DNA of 64,000 bases from an uncultured Candidatus Saccharibacteria bacterium (GTDB lineage Bacteria; Patescibacteriota; WWE3; UBA101185; UBA10185): contig CAZEBU010000002.1 in NCBI GenBank assembly GCA_964510435.1, forward strand, positions 81,080 to 145,079. The letters run 5' to 3'. Positions 27,553 to 38,696 of the stretch are shown one piece after another (positions within the stretch are counted from its first letter, which is position 1; each line of letters starts with the position of its first letter). The translations under genes and the position numbers were made by a program. Below the pieces are notes generated by a model. It saw nothing but the letters and a program-made list of their open reading frames with translations. It made no database searches and had not been told where the DNA came from.

Positions 27553-29037
27553 CTACATGACTTCCAACCATTGACCGACCTCAGCTTCTATAAATTGTGG
27601 TTTCAACAGAACTCCAAATTCGGTGCCTTTCCCTGCTACGCTTATTTCATCCTTGCCCGATTTAAGCTTTTTAATAGCACCAATGTAGAGGGGTTCGTCT
27701 TTTTCATCAAGATCCACGGGGTTTTTTTCGAAGATGGCTATTCTGTTCTTGGGTTTAAAACTACCGGCTTCAACTTTACAACCTATAATCTTATCACCGG
27801 ATGGTAACTTAAATATTTTTAAAACTTGTGCTCGACCCTTAATTTTTTCCTCCTCAGATTTAGCAGAACCTTCCAAAAGCTCCGAAACCCCGTCTATTAA
27901 TTCGTAGATGGTCTGATAAGATTTCGCAATCACCCCCAATTCCCTGGATAGTTCTTCAACTCGACTCGGTATTCCCACATTAAAACCCAGGACGATACCA
28001 TCACCACTCTGTGCCAGCATCACATCCGAATCTGTAATCTCTCCTGTAGCTGCGCGCAAGAATTTTATGGAAAAAGTTATACCCACCGTAGAAGTAACCA
28101 AATCAGCCAAACTAGCCTTGACAGCTTCTAGTGTGCCTTGCGTATCAGCTCTCAATACAATAGAAACTACTTTTTTAGTATCCTTTCCGATGATTTCTTC
28201 ACGGCTATCATCAACGGCTAAGGTAGCTAACTCACTCCCTTCCTCCACAACTAAGTCGCCTACATTTAGTACTTCCTTAAACCCGGTGATTTCTACGGGT
28301 GTGCTTGGTCCCGCTTCTTTAAGCATGTTTCCCTTGTCGTCCATCATGGATCTCACTCTCGCCGTATAACCACTGGCCATCACTTTATCTCTAACTCTCA
28401 GCGTACCGCTTCTGACGATACAAGAAACTAGCACGCCTCTCTTTCTATCCTTTTTAGATTCGATGATCATGGCCTCTAGTTCAGAATCGGGATTTGACTT
28501 TAGCTGTTGCAATTCGGCCACTAGTAAAATAGCGTCCAAGAGGTTGTGCAAATTCTTTTTAGTCTTAGCAGAAACCTCAACACAGACAACATCTCCACCC
28601 CAATCTTCTACCATGACGTTTTCTTGAGCCAACTCCTGCTTGGCTTTTTGTACGTCCGCATTAGGTAGATCCACCTTATTTATGGCCACGATAATAGGGG
28701 TGTTAGCAGCTTTCGCATAAGTAATAGCTTCCCTGGTCTGAGGTTGTACCCCGGACTCTGCCGCCACTACCAAAACCACAATATCAGCTGCTTTTCCCCC
28801 ACGCGCCCTCATTTGAGAAAAAGCCTCATGACCTGGAGTATCAATAAAAGTTATTTTTTTGTCATGATGAGAAATTTGATATGCACCTATGTGCTGAGTT
28901 ATACCTCCGTGCTCACCCTCTTGTACATTGGTATTCCTAACAGCATCCAAAATACTAGTCTTACCATGGTCAACATGACCCATGATTGTAACAATAGGGG
29001 GTCTGTATTCATTTTTACTGGTATTTTGTTTTGGCAT
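27553..29037 (-). CDS. infB: Translation initiation factor IF-2 (short form)
   Basis: RPPIVTIMGHVDHGKT, GGITQHIGAY, DTPGHEAF, NKVD; lacks the long N-terminal domain. Confidence 0.97.
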   Translation of the reverse strand: MPKQNTSKNEYRPPIVTIMGHVDHGKTSILDAVRNTNVQEGEHGGITQHIGAYQISHHDKKITFIDTPGHEAFSQMRARGGKAADIVVLVVAAESGVQPQTREAITYAKAANTPIIVAINKVDLPNADVQKAKQELAQENVMVEDWGGDVVCVEVSAKTKKNLHNLLDAILLVAELQQLKSNPDSELEAMIIESKKDRKRGVLVSCIVRSGTLRVRDKVMASGYTARVRSMMDDKGNMLKEAGPSTPVEITGFKEVLNVGDLVVEEGSELATLAVDDSREEIIGKDTKKVVSIVLRADTQGTLEAVKASLADLVTSTVGITFSIKFLRAATGEITDSDVMLAQSGDGIVLGFNVGIPSRVEELSRELGVIAKSYQTIYELIDGVSELLEGSAKSEEEKIKGRAQVLKIFKLPSGDKIIGCKVEAGSFKPKNRIAIFEKNPVDLDEKDEPLYIGAIKKLKSGKDEISVAGKGTEFGVLLKPQFIEAEVGQWLEVM

Positions 29038-29068
29038 ATCCTTCTATTAACTTTCTGAGACATGTTAT

Positions 29069-30208
29069 TTAAACATCAGTTTTAGATTCTGCTTTGTCCA
29101 TATCTTGCTTTTCCTCTTCTTCCTCATCGGGATCAGGTTTCTTCTCAGGTTCTTCCTTCTTCTTTTTTTCTTTTATAGCTTCGTCCCAAACACCCCTCAC
29201 CAATTTAGTGTCTTTCTCATCGGTTCCAGATTTTTCCTCGGATCCAAAAAGCCCAACAGTACCTTTAATATCAATCTTCCATTTAGTTAATTTATTTGCT
29301 AACCTGGCGTTCTGACCTTCTTTGCCTATAGCCAAACTTTGTTGATCCTCTGGAACTGATACTACAGCACGTTTATCCTCTTCGTCCAGCAAAACTTCGG
29401 TGACCATGGCGGGAGACAAAGACGCCGCGATAAATCTTTCCGTACTTGTCGAATAAGGTATAATATCAATCTTTTCCCCAAATAACTCGGCGATGATCGA
29501 TTGCACTCTTACTCCCTTCTGACCAACACAACTGCCTACCGGATCTATTTTTTCTTCAGAAGATGAAACAGCCATTTTTGTCCTTGAGCCGGGCTCACGC
29601 GCTATTGCCTCGATTTTCACTACACCGGAAGCAATTTCCGGCACTTCTTGTGCGAATAATTGCTCAATAAATCTTGGGTCAGACCTACTGACAATGATCT
29701 CTGGACCTCTGTTGGACTCTCTAATATCCTTGACCAATATTTTTAATCTTTGATTTAACCTATACTGCTCAGTAGGTACCTGTTCTGATTGCAACATGAT
29801 CCCGTAGGCAAAAGGTTTCCCTAAATCCAAAACAACCACATTACTATCTATTTTGAAAACTGTGGCTGTAATAATTGTTCCCAATTTGGCTCTGAATTCC
29901 TGTAAAATAACCTCTTTTTCTGTTTCTCTGATTTTTTGTAAGATAACTTGTTTAGCTGTTTGCGCAGCAATTCTACCAAATCCGGATGGGGTAACATTCT
30001 TACCTTCAACGAATATCTTTGCTTCACCCGTATCAGGATCCAAATCGACAGTCAATTCTTCAGCTTCAACCTGCTCACCGTGTTCCTTTCTGTCTTTTCT
30101 ATACGCAGACACTAGAGCCAGTTTTATAGATTCGACGACTGCCTCCACAGGGATGCCTCTTTCAGTAGCCACTTGATTTAGTGCTGCATTAAATTCTGTT
30201 ACTGCCAT
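29069..30208 (-). CDS. nusA: Transcription factor NusA
   Basis: FGRIAAQTAKQVILQKIRE, AREPGSRTK, LAIGKEGQNARLA. Confidence 0.97.
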   Translation of the reverse strand: MAVTEFNAALNQVATERGIPVEAVVESIKLALVSAYRKDRKEHGEQVEAEELTVDLDPDTGEAKIFVEGKNVTPSGFGRIAAQTAKQVILQKIRETEKEVILQEFRAKLGTIITATVFKIDSNVVVLDLGKPFAYGIMLQSEQVPTEQYRLNQRLKILVKDIRESNRGPEIIVSRSDPRFIEQLFAQEVPEIASGVVKIEAIAREPGSRTKMAVSSSEEKIDPVGSCVGQKGVRVQSIIAELFGEKIDIIPYSTSTERFIAASLSPAMVTEVLLDEEDKRAVVSVPEDQQSLAIGKEGQNARLANKLTKWKIDIKGTVGLFGSEEKSGTDEKDTKLVRGVWDEAIKEKKKKEEPEKKPDPDEEEEEKQDMDKAESKTDV

Positions 30209-30312
30209 ATTTTAACTAAAAAGGTGGGTACAACCCACCAAATTCCTTACATCTAAACACCTTTTTACCCTCGTTAAATTAACATATAACTAGTTTCAGG
30301 TCAACAAAGTAA

Positions 30313-31242
30313 TTACTTAGCTTTCATGTACTCTTCCAATAGTTTTTTCTTTTTTTTCGAAAGCTTACTTGGTATTTTAACCATAACCTGCACTATAACA
30401 TCCCCCCTACCATCTCTGTTTAACCTTGGCAGACCTTTACCCTTGAGTCTGATCTGTGTACCTGCTTGGGTTCCGGCAGGAATTTTCAATTTAGCCTTTC
30501 CCAAACCTGTACTATTCTGCAAATCCACCACAGGAACTTCTATAATATCTCCCAAGGCAGCTTGGGCCATATCAATTTCTGCCACAATACCTAGAGTATC
30601 GCCTATTCTTCTAAACTCCCCGGGTAATTTTAGTCTGAGTGTTAACAATAAATCACCGGGCGGTACATCTTTTGGCCCTGGCATACCTTTTCCGGAAAAT
30701 CTAATTTCCGTGCCATTGCGCACACCGGCAGGGATCTTAATTTTCACCTTCCCACTTTCCACGTTTACTATCTTTTCCACACCAAAAATTGCATCTTTAA
30801 AATCTATGTGCAATTCATAATAGAGATTTTTACCTTGACGACGTTTTCTTCCGGAAAACCCCCGAAAGCCAAAAAAATCTTCAAAAATATCAAAAGGATC
30901 AAAATCATTAATACCCTCACCGGAAGTTGTATAACTATAAGTAAATGGTCCCCAACCTGCCTTTCCTGAAAAACCTCCTCTGAACGGACCTTCACTAGCT
31001 CCCGAAAAACCTGGACCGGTATGTCCAAACTGATCATACATCTTTTTCTTTTGAGGATCCCTTAGTACTTGATACGCTTCATTAATTTCTTTAAATCTTT
31101 TTTCGGCAGCCGTTTTATCAGACTCATTTACCATATCGGGATGGTGCTCTCTAGCTAATTTACGATAAGCTTTTTTGATATCTCCATCGCTGGCTTTTTT
31201 ATTAATACCTAGTATTTCATAGTAATCTCTGTTTGTTGGCAT
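30313..31242 (-). CDS. dnaJ: DnaJ-class chaperone lacking the zinc finger
   Basis: J domain with HPD, G/F-rich region, C-terminal domain; no CxxCxGxG. Confidence 0.88.
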   Translation of the reverse strand: MPTNRDYYEILGINKKASDGDIKKAYRKLAREHHPDMVNESDKTAAEKRFKEINEAYQVLRDPQKKKMYDQFGHTGPGFSGASEGPFRGGFSGKAGWGPFTYSYTTSGEGINDFDPFDIFEDFFGFRGFSGRKRRQGKNLYYELHIDFKDAIFGVEKIVNVESGKVKIKIPAGVRNGTEIRFSGKGMPGPKDVPPGDLLLTLRLKLPGEFRRIGDTLGIVAEIDMAQAALGDIIEVPVVDLQNSTGLGKAKLKIPAGTQAGTQIRLKGKGLPRLNRDGRGDVIVQVMVKIPSKLSKKKKKLLEEYMKAK

Positions 31243-31278
31243 GAGCGTATTCTAGCACCACAAATTACCTGATGCCAG

Positions 31279-31307
31279 AAAAATTAAGCCCCCACTTTCG
31301 TGGGGGC
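31279..31307 (-). terminator. Intrinsic terminator after hup
   Basis: GCCCCCAC-GAAA-GTGGGGGC followed by TTAATTTTT. Confidence 0.85.
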
Positions 31308-31332
31308 CAAATTAACGAATTAGATAATAAAA

Positions 31333-31605
31333 TTATCTAACTGCATCTTTCAAACCTTTTCCGGCTTTGAAAGCAGCTGTTTTACTGGCAGGAATATGTA
31401 GGGGAGCTCCTGTCTGAGGATTTCTTCCCATTCTAGCTGCTCTTGATCTCACTTCAAAAGTACCAACACCCGTCCAAGTAACTTTCTCACCTCTGCCTAG
31501 TGCAGACTTTAGTGTTTCAGCTAGGGCATCCAATCCTTTTGCAGCATCTACTTTTGTCATACCTGCTCTATCCGCAATAGCGGCTATTAAATCTGTTTTA
31601 GTCAC
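31333..31605 (-). CDS. hup: DNA-binding protein HU
   Basis: GTFEVRSRAARMGRNPQTG...AFKAGKGLKDAV. Confidence 0.96.
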   Translation of the reverse strand: MTKTDLIAAIADRAGMTKVDAAKGLDALAETLKSALGRGEKVTWTGVGTFEVRSRAARMGRNPQTGAPLHIPASKTAAFKAGKGLKDAVR

Positions 31606-31722
31606 TTAAAACACCCCCTCTCGAAACTGCCATACTTAGCAACTGCCTATATACTAAGGCCTGCCCGGCGGCAAACAATTTAATAATCATAGTTTTCAAA
31701 AAATTCCCTAGAATTCTATACC

Positions 31723-32496
31723 CTAAGGTAGGATTTCGTCAATCCTATCAATAGAATTCTTGTCTGTATCTAATAGTACACCTCTAAACGCTTTTCTACC
31801 AGTATTTTCCCATTCAAATCGCTGATTTAATCCCGTTAAATAATATTTAATAATGATATCCTTCTCCACTCCCAGTACCGAATCAATGACACCAGTCATA
31901 CCAATATCGCTAATGTATAAGGTTTTCTGGGGTAGAGCAATATTATCACAAGTTGGTACATGCGTGTGCGTTCCTACAATTGCGTCAACTTTTCCGTCCA
32001 AATAAAATGCCAAGGCATACTTTTCACTAGAAGCCTCCGCGTGAAAATCCACAATAGTTAGGGAGATGTCCTCGTCCTTATATTTCTCTAAAATTTTATC
32101 TGCCGCACGAAAAGGATCATCTACTCTCTCATTTAAAAAAACCCGTCCCAGCAGGTTTATTAATAAAACTTTTCCCTTCTTGCCTGTGTCAATAACCGCA
32201 TGCCCTTCACCTGCAGTACCGGCAGGGAAGTTAGCCGGCCTAATTACCGGTAGAGAGTCAATTTCATCTGCAAAACCTTTTTGCCAAAAAATATGATCCC
32301 CGCTGGTAAAATAGTCGATACCTAGATCCATGAGCTCTCTGATCGTACCCTTGGTTGCTCCACGGCCATGGGCAATATTTTCAGCATTGGCCAAGACCAG
32401 ATCGATCTTTTCTTTCTTGATCATTTTGGGAAGTAATTCTTTTACGACCTGCCTGCCAGGCCGAGCGACTATGTCACCAATAAATAATATCCTCAT
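31723..32496 (-). CDS. ymdB: YmdB-like metallophosphoesterase
   Basis: ILFIGDIV..PG, NAEN, DFHAEASSEK, GTHTHVPT. Confidence 0.92.
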   Translation of the reverse strand: MRILFIGDIVARPGRQVVKELLPKMIKKEKIDLVLANAENIAHGRGATKGTIRELMDLGIDYFTSGDHIFWQKGFADEIDSLPVIRPANFPAGTAGEGHAVIDTGKKGKVLLINLLGRVFLNERVDDPFRAADKILEKYKDEDISLTIVDFHAEASSEKYALAFYLDGKVDAIVGTHTHVPTCDNIALPQKTLYISDIGMTGVIDSVLGVEKDIIIKYYLTGLNQRFEWENTGRKAFRGVLLDTDKNSIDRIDEILP

Positions 32497-32708
32497 TATT
32501 GCCTTAACCTTTTTATCTCAAAATTGTCAATTCTATACAAATCCAAAATATAGACAGGTTCTTTGGTCGATCTGATAAAAACAAATCCTAGTGACATCAA
32601 GATTAAAACAAGTATGGTCATTAAGCAACCCTTAACGATGGAGCTCAACAATTTCACAAAGATGTAATACAAAATTATAAATAGTAGTACTGCCAAAAGA
32701 TAGAACAT
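32496..32708 (-). CDS. Small two-TM hypothetical protein
   Basis: Hydrophobic 70-aa ORF whose stop overlaps the ymdB start. Confidence 0.65.
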   Translation of the reverse strand: MFYLLAVLLFIILYYIFVKLLSSIVKGCLMTILVLILMSLGFVFIRSTKEPVYILDLYRIDNFEIKRLRQ

Positions 32709-32730
32709 ACTTCCTATTTGCTTTATACCA

Positions 32731-34212
32731 CTATTTTGCTGTTTTCGTAACCCTAGTTTCTCTAATAACAGTCACTTTTACCACTCCGGGATAATTTTGT
32801 TCTAATTCAATTTTTTTGGCAATTTCCCTAGCTAAAAACTCGGTTGAGGTATCATCTACCTTTTCCGGCTTCACAAAGACTCTTACCTCTCTACCGGCTG
32901 ATATTGCATAGACTCTATCGACACCATCAAAATTTGAGGCTGCCTCCTCTAAATCCTTCATCCTCTTCACATAAGACTCGTAATCCTCACCTCTGGCTCC
33001 GGGTCTAGCCCCACTGACATGGTCTACTAAATTTACAATAGCTGACTCAATGGAACTAAAAGGCTTATCTTCATGATGCTCAGCTACACAATTGACCACT
33101 GCTTCCGAAATGTTGTATTTGTTTAGCAGGTCTACACCCAACTCAATGTGAGAACCTTCGTCTTCGGTAACTATTTTTCCAATATCGTGAAATAGACATC
33201 CCAACCTAACGGTGTCCACATCTGCACCCAATTCATGCGCGATGGCCACACCCATTTTGGTTTCTTCCAGAGTGTGCTCGATCATATTCTGACCATAAGA
33301 AAATCTATACTTAAACTTACCCAGCATTTGTACCAATTCTCTGGGAATATTATAGGCACCCAACCTATGACACAAGTTATCACCGGCTTTAAAAATAATA
33401 TGATCTACCTCATTCCTGGTTTTATTGACAATTTCCTCAATACGAGCTGGTTGAATACGACCATCCTTTATTAATTTCTCCAGAGAAACCTTTGCCACCC
33501 CTCTTCTAATAGGATCGAAGCTGGATAAAAGTATTTCTCCCGGGCTTGAATCCAAATCAAATTCCACGCCGGTCAATTCCTCAAGTGCTCTGATATTTCT
33601 TCCCTCTTTACCAATAATTCTTCCCTTAAGATCTTCATCGGGCAGCTTAACTTTAGAACTGGTATATTCAACAATATAATCGGTAGCGCCAAAACGCATC
33701 GCCTCCACTAACAACTGTCTGGATTCTTCCTCAATGTTTCGCTTGATTTCCTCCTGCATAACTCTTATTCTTTTGGCTTTCTCTTCCGCAAGTTCCTTAT
33801 CCACTTGTTTCAGAACTTCTCTTTCCGCCTGCTGACTAGTCATTGAAGCAACTTTTTCCATCTTTTCTCTTCTTAGCCTTAATAGTTCCGTGGCTTCCTC
33901 CCGCATTTTATCTATAGCACCCTTAGCCTTCTTTAAGGTTCTTGATTTTTCCTCCAATTCTCTTAATTTAGAATTTATCTCTGCTTTTTGTACAGCCGAC
34001 TTTCTCTCTTCTTCCATAACACTTTTCTTGATCCTTCTCGCTTCTTCTTCCGCGTCGGTTTTAACCCTTAACGCCTCATCCTTAGCCTCCAGGATAATCT
34101 CTTTTGCTCTTGCTTTTATTCCTGCTAGTTTGGAACCGGCAACAGCCGTTTCAGTAACCTGAGCAGTCTCTTTTTCTTTTTGCACAAATTTATTCAATAA
34201 GTTTTTCAACAT
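32731..34212 (-). CDS. rny: Ribonuclease Y
   Basis: Coiled coil, KH KGRIIGKEGRNIR, SYGQN, HDIGK, AISAGREVRV. Confidence 0.96.
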   Translation of the reverse strand: MLKNLLNKFVQKEKETAQVTETAVAGSKLAGIKARAKEIILEAKDEALRVKTDAEEEARRIKKSVMEEERKSAVQKAEINSKLRELEEKSRTLKKAKGAIDKMREEATELLRLRREKMEKVASMTSQQAEREVLKQVDKELAEEKAKRIRVMQEEIKRNIEEESRQLLVEAMRFGATDYIVEYTSSKVKLPDEDLKGRIIGKEGRNIRALEELTGVEFDLDSSPGEILLSSFDPIRRGVAKVSLEKLIKDGRIQPARIEEIVNKTRNEVDHIIFKAGDNLCHRLGAYNIPRELVQMLGKFKYRFSYGQNMIEHTLEETKMGVAIAHELGADVDTVRLGCLFHDIGKIVTEDEGSHIELGVDLLNKYNISEAVVNCVAEHHEDKPFSSIESAIVNLVDHVSGARPGARGEDYESYVKRMKDLEEAASNFDGVDRVYAISAGREVRVFVKPEKVDDTSTEFLAREIAKKIELEQNYPGVVKVTVIRETRVTKTAK

Positions 34213-34390
34213 ATTCCTAAACCTCCATAATCAAACTATTACTACAATGGGAAATGTATAAAAATATTTAAGAGAATTAACCTAACACTCTAAATTTAAT
34301 CAGGTTTATCTAGATGTGTGTTTTCTTGTAAATTCCGACTCATAATTAATAAAAAGTAAAGATAATTTTCTTCCATTTCCCAAGCAGATT

Positions 34391-34903
34391 CTATTTTACA
34401 CCGGTAATATTGTCAACTACCGAATAAACAACCTCCCAGGGATATCCTTTACGTGAGAGGTATACCCTCAATTTATTTCTCATAGTTCTTTTGTCCATTT
34501 TTTTGTATCTCGCTAATTTTCTTGTTGCATCTTTTTTGGCCTTCGCATACTCGATCTCCTTTTTCATTAACTTTAGATTATTATCAATAATTTTATAAGG
34601 AACACCTTTACTAAGAAGGAATTTTCTAATTTGCAGTTTACTAACAGGTTTTGTGGATTTTATTTTCTCGTTGACATAGCTCTTAGCGTAGTCATCATCA
34701 TCCAGAAGGTTTAGATTTACAAGCTTTTCCAAGGATCTTTCTTTAATTTTCTCAATCTCAGAGAATTTTAAATTTTTTTTTCTTTTAAGGTAGTGGTCCA
34801 GCTTTTTCTTAACCTCAGCCGTACTGCGAGCTTTATAGCTTATAAAATTGAGGATCTTTAAGTCGATTTTTTCCTGAGTTTCCTTTATTTTTTCCTTATT
34901 CAC
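34391..34903 (-). CDS. recX: Regulatory protein RecX
   Basis: [30 protein letters not shown]; follows recA; start taken at GTG 34903 (track start 34945). Confidence 0.85.
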   Translation of the reverse strand: MNKEKIKETQEKIDLKILNFISYKARSTAEVKKKLDHYLKRKKNLKFSEIEKIKERSLEKLVNLNLLDDDDYAKSYVNEKIKSTKPVSKLQIRKFLLSKGVPYKIIDNNLKLMKKEIEYAKAKKDATRKLARYKKMDKRTMRNKLRVYLSRKGYPWEVVYSVVDNITGVK

Positions 34904-35990
34904 TATGCTCCCCGCCGATTTCCATGGGCACATCGGATTCCTCACTTACTTTCTTCCTAATGTTCTTCTCAATTTCCAAGGCTATCTTAGGGTTCTCCCT
35001 TAAATAAGCTTTAGAGGCTTCTCGACCTTGACCCAGCTTCACACCATCGTATTCGTACCAGGATCCACTCTTATTAACTATTTCAAAATCAACACCCACA
35101 TCCAAGATATTTCCCTCACGACTAATACCTTCGTTAAACATAATATCAAACTCGGCAATTCTAAAAGGCGGGGCTGCTTTGTTTTTTACCACCTTGACCC
35201 TTACCTTGATCCCGGAAAACTCATCACCATCTTTTAACGATTGTATCCTTCTAATTTCCATCCTCACCGTAGAATAGTATTTAAGAGCCTTTCCACCCGG
35301 TGTTATTTCAGGGTTGCCAAACATGACACCAACTTTCATTCTCAGCTGGTTGGTAAAAACCACCGTACACCTAGATTTACTAATGGCCCCGGCTAATCTT
35401 CTCAGTGACTGGCTCATCAGTCTTGCTTGTAAGGCAATGTGACTATCTCCAATCTCACCTTCTATCTCCGCTCTTGGTACCAAGGCAGCTACAGAATCTA
35501 TAGCTATAATATCTACAGCATTTGACCTAATGAGAGTTTCCGCGATCTCTAATGCCTGTTCACCGGTATCAGGTTGGGAAACCAACAGTTCATTAATATC
35601 AACACCTGTTTTTACTGCGTAAATGGGGTCAAAGGCGTGTTCAGCGTCTATTAAAGCAGCCGTACCTCCTGCTTTTTGAGCTTCGGCGATTATGTGCTGC
35701 ACTAAGGTTGTTTTTCCGGATGCCTCAGGTCCGTATATTTCCACTATTCTACCCCTAGGAACTCCCCCAATGCCTAAGGCAATGTCCAAAGCAATTGAGC
35801 CTGTGGAAATAGCAGCCACACCTTTTGATCTAGGGTTATCTCCCAACTTCATAATAGCGCCCTTCCCAAAACTTTTCTCTATTTGCTCCAAGGCAGCATT
35901 CAAAGCCATATCCTTATTTTTTTTGGTGGTACCACTACTATCTTTATTTCCCTTATCTTTATTATCCTTGACGGCTTTTTTCGGTGGCAT
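34896..35990 (-). CDS. recA: Recombinase A
   Basis: [34 protein letters not shown]. Confidence 0.99.
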   Translation of the reverse strand: MPPKKAVKDNKDKGNKDSSGTTKKNKDMALNAALEQIEKSFGKGAIMKLGDNPRSKGVAAISTGSIALDIALGIGGVPRGRIVEIYGPEASGKTTLVQHIIAEAQKAGGTAALIDAEHAFDPIYAVKTGVDINELLVSQPDTGEQALEIAETLIRSNAVDIIAIDSVAALVPRAEIEGEIGDSHIALQARLMSQSLRRLAGAISKSRCTVVFTNQLRMKVGVMFGNPEITPGGKALKYYSTVRMEIRRIQSLKDGDEFSGIKVRVKVVKNKAAPPFRIAEFDIMFNEGISREGNILDVGVDFEIVNKSGSWYEYDGVKLGQGREASKAYLRENPKIALEIEKNIRKKVSEESDVPMEIGGEHSE

Positions 35991-36080
35991 AGATTTCCTT
36001 TCGAAAAATATTTATCCTACTTATTCTAGCAGTTTGGTAAATTTTTTAGCAACAGAGAATATTCTAATTATTGTAGATAC

Positions 36081-37523
36081 TTATACACTAAGGGCCTTCT
36101 CTAACCTTGTCAGGACAACTTCCCGGCCAAGCAACTCCAATATCCTAAAAATCGGTGGTGTGGCCTTTTCTCCCGTTACGGCAACACGCAAAGTCATGAG
36201 GGCTTCTTTAGTTCCAAAATCGTTTTGTTCCATGAACAAGTATGCATTCTTTTCTATTTGAGAAGATTTCCACGCACCTTTACTTACACCCTTAAATAGA
36301 TCTACAAAACCATTTAAGATATATCCGGTTTTCTCCTTACTTTTCGTGTAATGATCTAGTAAAGTTTCATCAATATTAGGTTCTGAGTAAAAATAGTGCG
36401 TTAAGGAGGTAAATTCTGCTAAAGTTTTTATTCTTTCCTTGATCAGAGAGATCACCTCTAGATGATATTCTTCATTATGGTCTCCTGTATGCAGATCAAC
36501 CGAGTAATTTTCACTCCACTGTAGTATCCTCTTTTGGAAAACTTCAGATGACATGCTTCTTAAATAGTATCCGTTTAACCAAAGTAGCTTTTCCCTATCA
36601 AATACCACCAGATCAGTCTTGTGTACCCTCTTTACATCGAATACTTCGACGAATTCATCAAGAGAATATATTTCTTTATCACCGCCGGGATTCCAACCTA
36701 AAAACATCAGGAAGTTAAGAATAGCCTCCACGATATAACCTTCTCTAAGAAAATCCACAGCTAACACAGCTCCATACCTTTTAGACAACTTCTTGCTCTC
36801 GCCCTTCTCCTTTAGGTTTGGCAAATGAATAAACGTCGGCAATTCCCAACCAAATGCCTGATATAAAAGAATGTGTTTTGGGGTAGAGGGCAGCCAGTCA
36901 TTTCCTCTCATCACATGCGTGATCTTCATCAAATGATCGTCTACCACCACAGCTAGGTGGTAAGTGGGATAACCACCCGATTTAAGCAAAACGGTATCAT
37001 CAATTTCCTTGCTCTCAAATTCCAACGCACCATAAACTTCATCAAAAAACTTAACTCTTTCATTTTTAGGTACTTTGAGCCTCACTACATAAGGGACACC
37101 CTCCAACATAAGTTTTTCAGCCCCCTCCCTCTCTAATTCCCGGCAACGACCGTCGTACATAGTCCTGGCATAACCTTTTTCTGTCTGCTCAGCACGCATT
37201 TCCCCCAATCTCTCCTTGGTACAAAAACAGCGGTAAGCTTTACCAAGATTAATCAACTCATCAACGTGTTTATGATAGATATCCAATCTTTCCGATTGGA
37301 TAAAAGGTCCTTCGTCCCAATCCAATCCAAAATCACTTATCACTTTGAGGATCCTCTCTATCGCCCCCTCTACATATCTTCCTCTATCTGTATCTTCAAT
37401 ACGTATGACAAACTTACCGCTATGCTTCTTCGCGAAAACATAATTATAGAGGACTGTTCTAATATGCCCTATGTGATAATCTCCCGTTGGGCTAGGCGCC
37501 ATCCTGGTTCTTATTGTCTTCAT
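36081..37523 (-). CDS. gltX: Glutamate-tRNA ligase
   Basis: RMAPSPTG, HIGH, RIEDTD, KLSKR. Confidence 0.96.
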   Translation of the reverse strand: MKTIRTRMAPSPTGDYHIGHIRTVLYNYVFAKKHSGKFVIRIEDTDRGRYVEGAIERILKVISDFGLDWDEGPFIQSERLDIYHKHVDELINLGKAYRCFCTKERLGEMRAEQTEKGYARTMYDGRCRELEREGAEKLMLEGVPYVVRLKVPKNERVKFFDEVYGALEFESKEIDDTVLLKSGGYPTYHLAVVVDDHLMKITHVMRGNDWLPSTPKHILLYQAFGWELPTFIHLPNLKEKGESKKLSKRYGAVLAVDFLREGYIVEAILNFLMFLGWNPGGDKEIYSLDEFVEVFDVKRVHKTDLVVFDREKLLWLNGYYLRSMSSEVFQKRILQWSENYSVDLHTGDHNEEYHLEVISLIKERIKTLAEFTSLTHYFYSEPNIDETLLDHYTKSKEKTGYILNGFVDLFKGVSKGAWKSSQIEKNAYLFMEQNDFGTKEALMTLRVAVTGEKATPPIFRILELLGREVVLTRLEKALSV

Positions 37524-37565
37524 AAGTTTATTCTACCAGATAGAAATACATGATAATATATAATT

Positions 37566-38696
37566 GTGACCCTGTCTGAAGCTTCAAAGATAGTAAGAAA
37601 AGGCGTAGTTCTCACCGGAATTTTTGCTGTCGTCTATTATATTTTTTTACTACTTCTCTTTCCAGGCGCTAAAAAACTATTTATTGTTATGTTCCCGGAG
37701 AAAGATCCTCCTACACCTGTTTACGGTGTTTTACCGCCACTTGAGTTTATCGAAAAAGATATCAATGACGATAGAACTCCCAGCTTTATACTTGATACTA
37801 AAGACGGAAGATTACCAAAAGGCTTACCTAGGAAAATGACCGTTTACGAATATATCAGGTCCGTGCCTCCTTTCGAAAAGGGGAAAAATGCCTCAGCTAC
37901 AGCTGAAAAACTAGGGTATTACGAAGACGATCTCATCACTAGTTTAAAAGAAACCACCTACAGATGGCGTAAACTAAATTCCAACGGCTTACTGGAAATA
38001 AACACTAATACCAAAGATGTTATACATCTAACGCCTCTCACTGGAAAAGCAAGCAGGTTTCCCCGAGGAGAGCTAACGGAAACCAAAACTCTTAATTATG
38101 CCAAAGAACTTTTAGAAGACGTGGGAAGATTTGAGGATGAGTTGTACCTCAATGGTACACAAAAAGTTACCTTCGTGCAGTTTTACGGCAATAGGCTGGA
38201 AACAACTGAGGCCCCTCTAGATGCCCAGCTGGCTCGTGTTGACTTCTTTCGTAGTATAGAGGAATACCCCATACTAGGACCTGACCCTAAAGTAGGTTTA
38301 CAGTATATATACTTAAGAAGGCCTACTAAAAACGAGCCTCATTATAATTATCCCATCTTGGAAAGCCATGTTCGGGAAATAAAAACTCAAGCAAATGCCA
38401 CCTACCCCATTATTACCGTCGCAGACGCTTGGAATTTAGTAAAAAACAGCAAAGGAGTCATAGTTAACGCCACACCCTCCGGAAGCAGCCTACTAGATAA
38501 AAGCGTTACACCCATAGTAGAGGATATTTACATCAATAACATTTACCTTGCTTACTACGACAATAGTTCTTACCAGGAATACTTGCAGCCTATTTATATC
38601 TTCGAAGGCAAATACACCACGGGCGGAACACAAGGTGGTACCATTACCATTTACTACCCGGCATTAACACCAGACTTTATCCAATCGGTAAACTAA
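37566..38696 (+). CDS. Membrane-anchored hypothetical protein
   Basis: N-terminal TM helix, long ORF, leaderless-type promoter. Confidence 0.75.
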   Translation: MTLSEASKIVRKGVVLTGIFAVVYYIFLLLLFPGAKKLFIVMFPEKDPPTPVYGVLPPLEFIEKDINDDRTPSFILDTKDGRLPKGLPRKMTVYEYIRSVPPFEKGKNASATAEKLGYYEDDLITSLKETTYRWRKLNSNGLLEINTNTKDVIHLTPLTGKASRFPRGELTETKTLNYAKELLEDVGRFEDELYLNGTQKVTFVQFYGNRLETTEAPLDAQLARVDFFRSIEEYPILGPDPKVGLQYIYLRRPTKNEPHYNYPILESHVREIKTQANATYPIITVADAWNLVKNSKGVIVNATPSGSSLLDKSVTPIVEDIYINNIYLAYYDNSSYQEYLQPIYIFEGKYTTGGTQGGTITIYYPALTPDFIQSVN

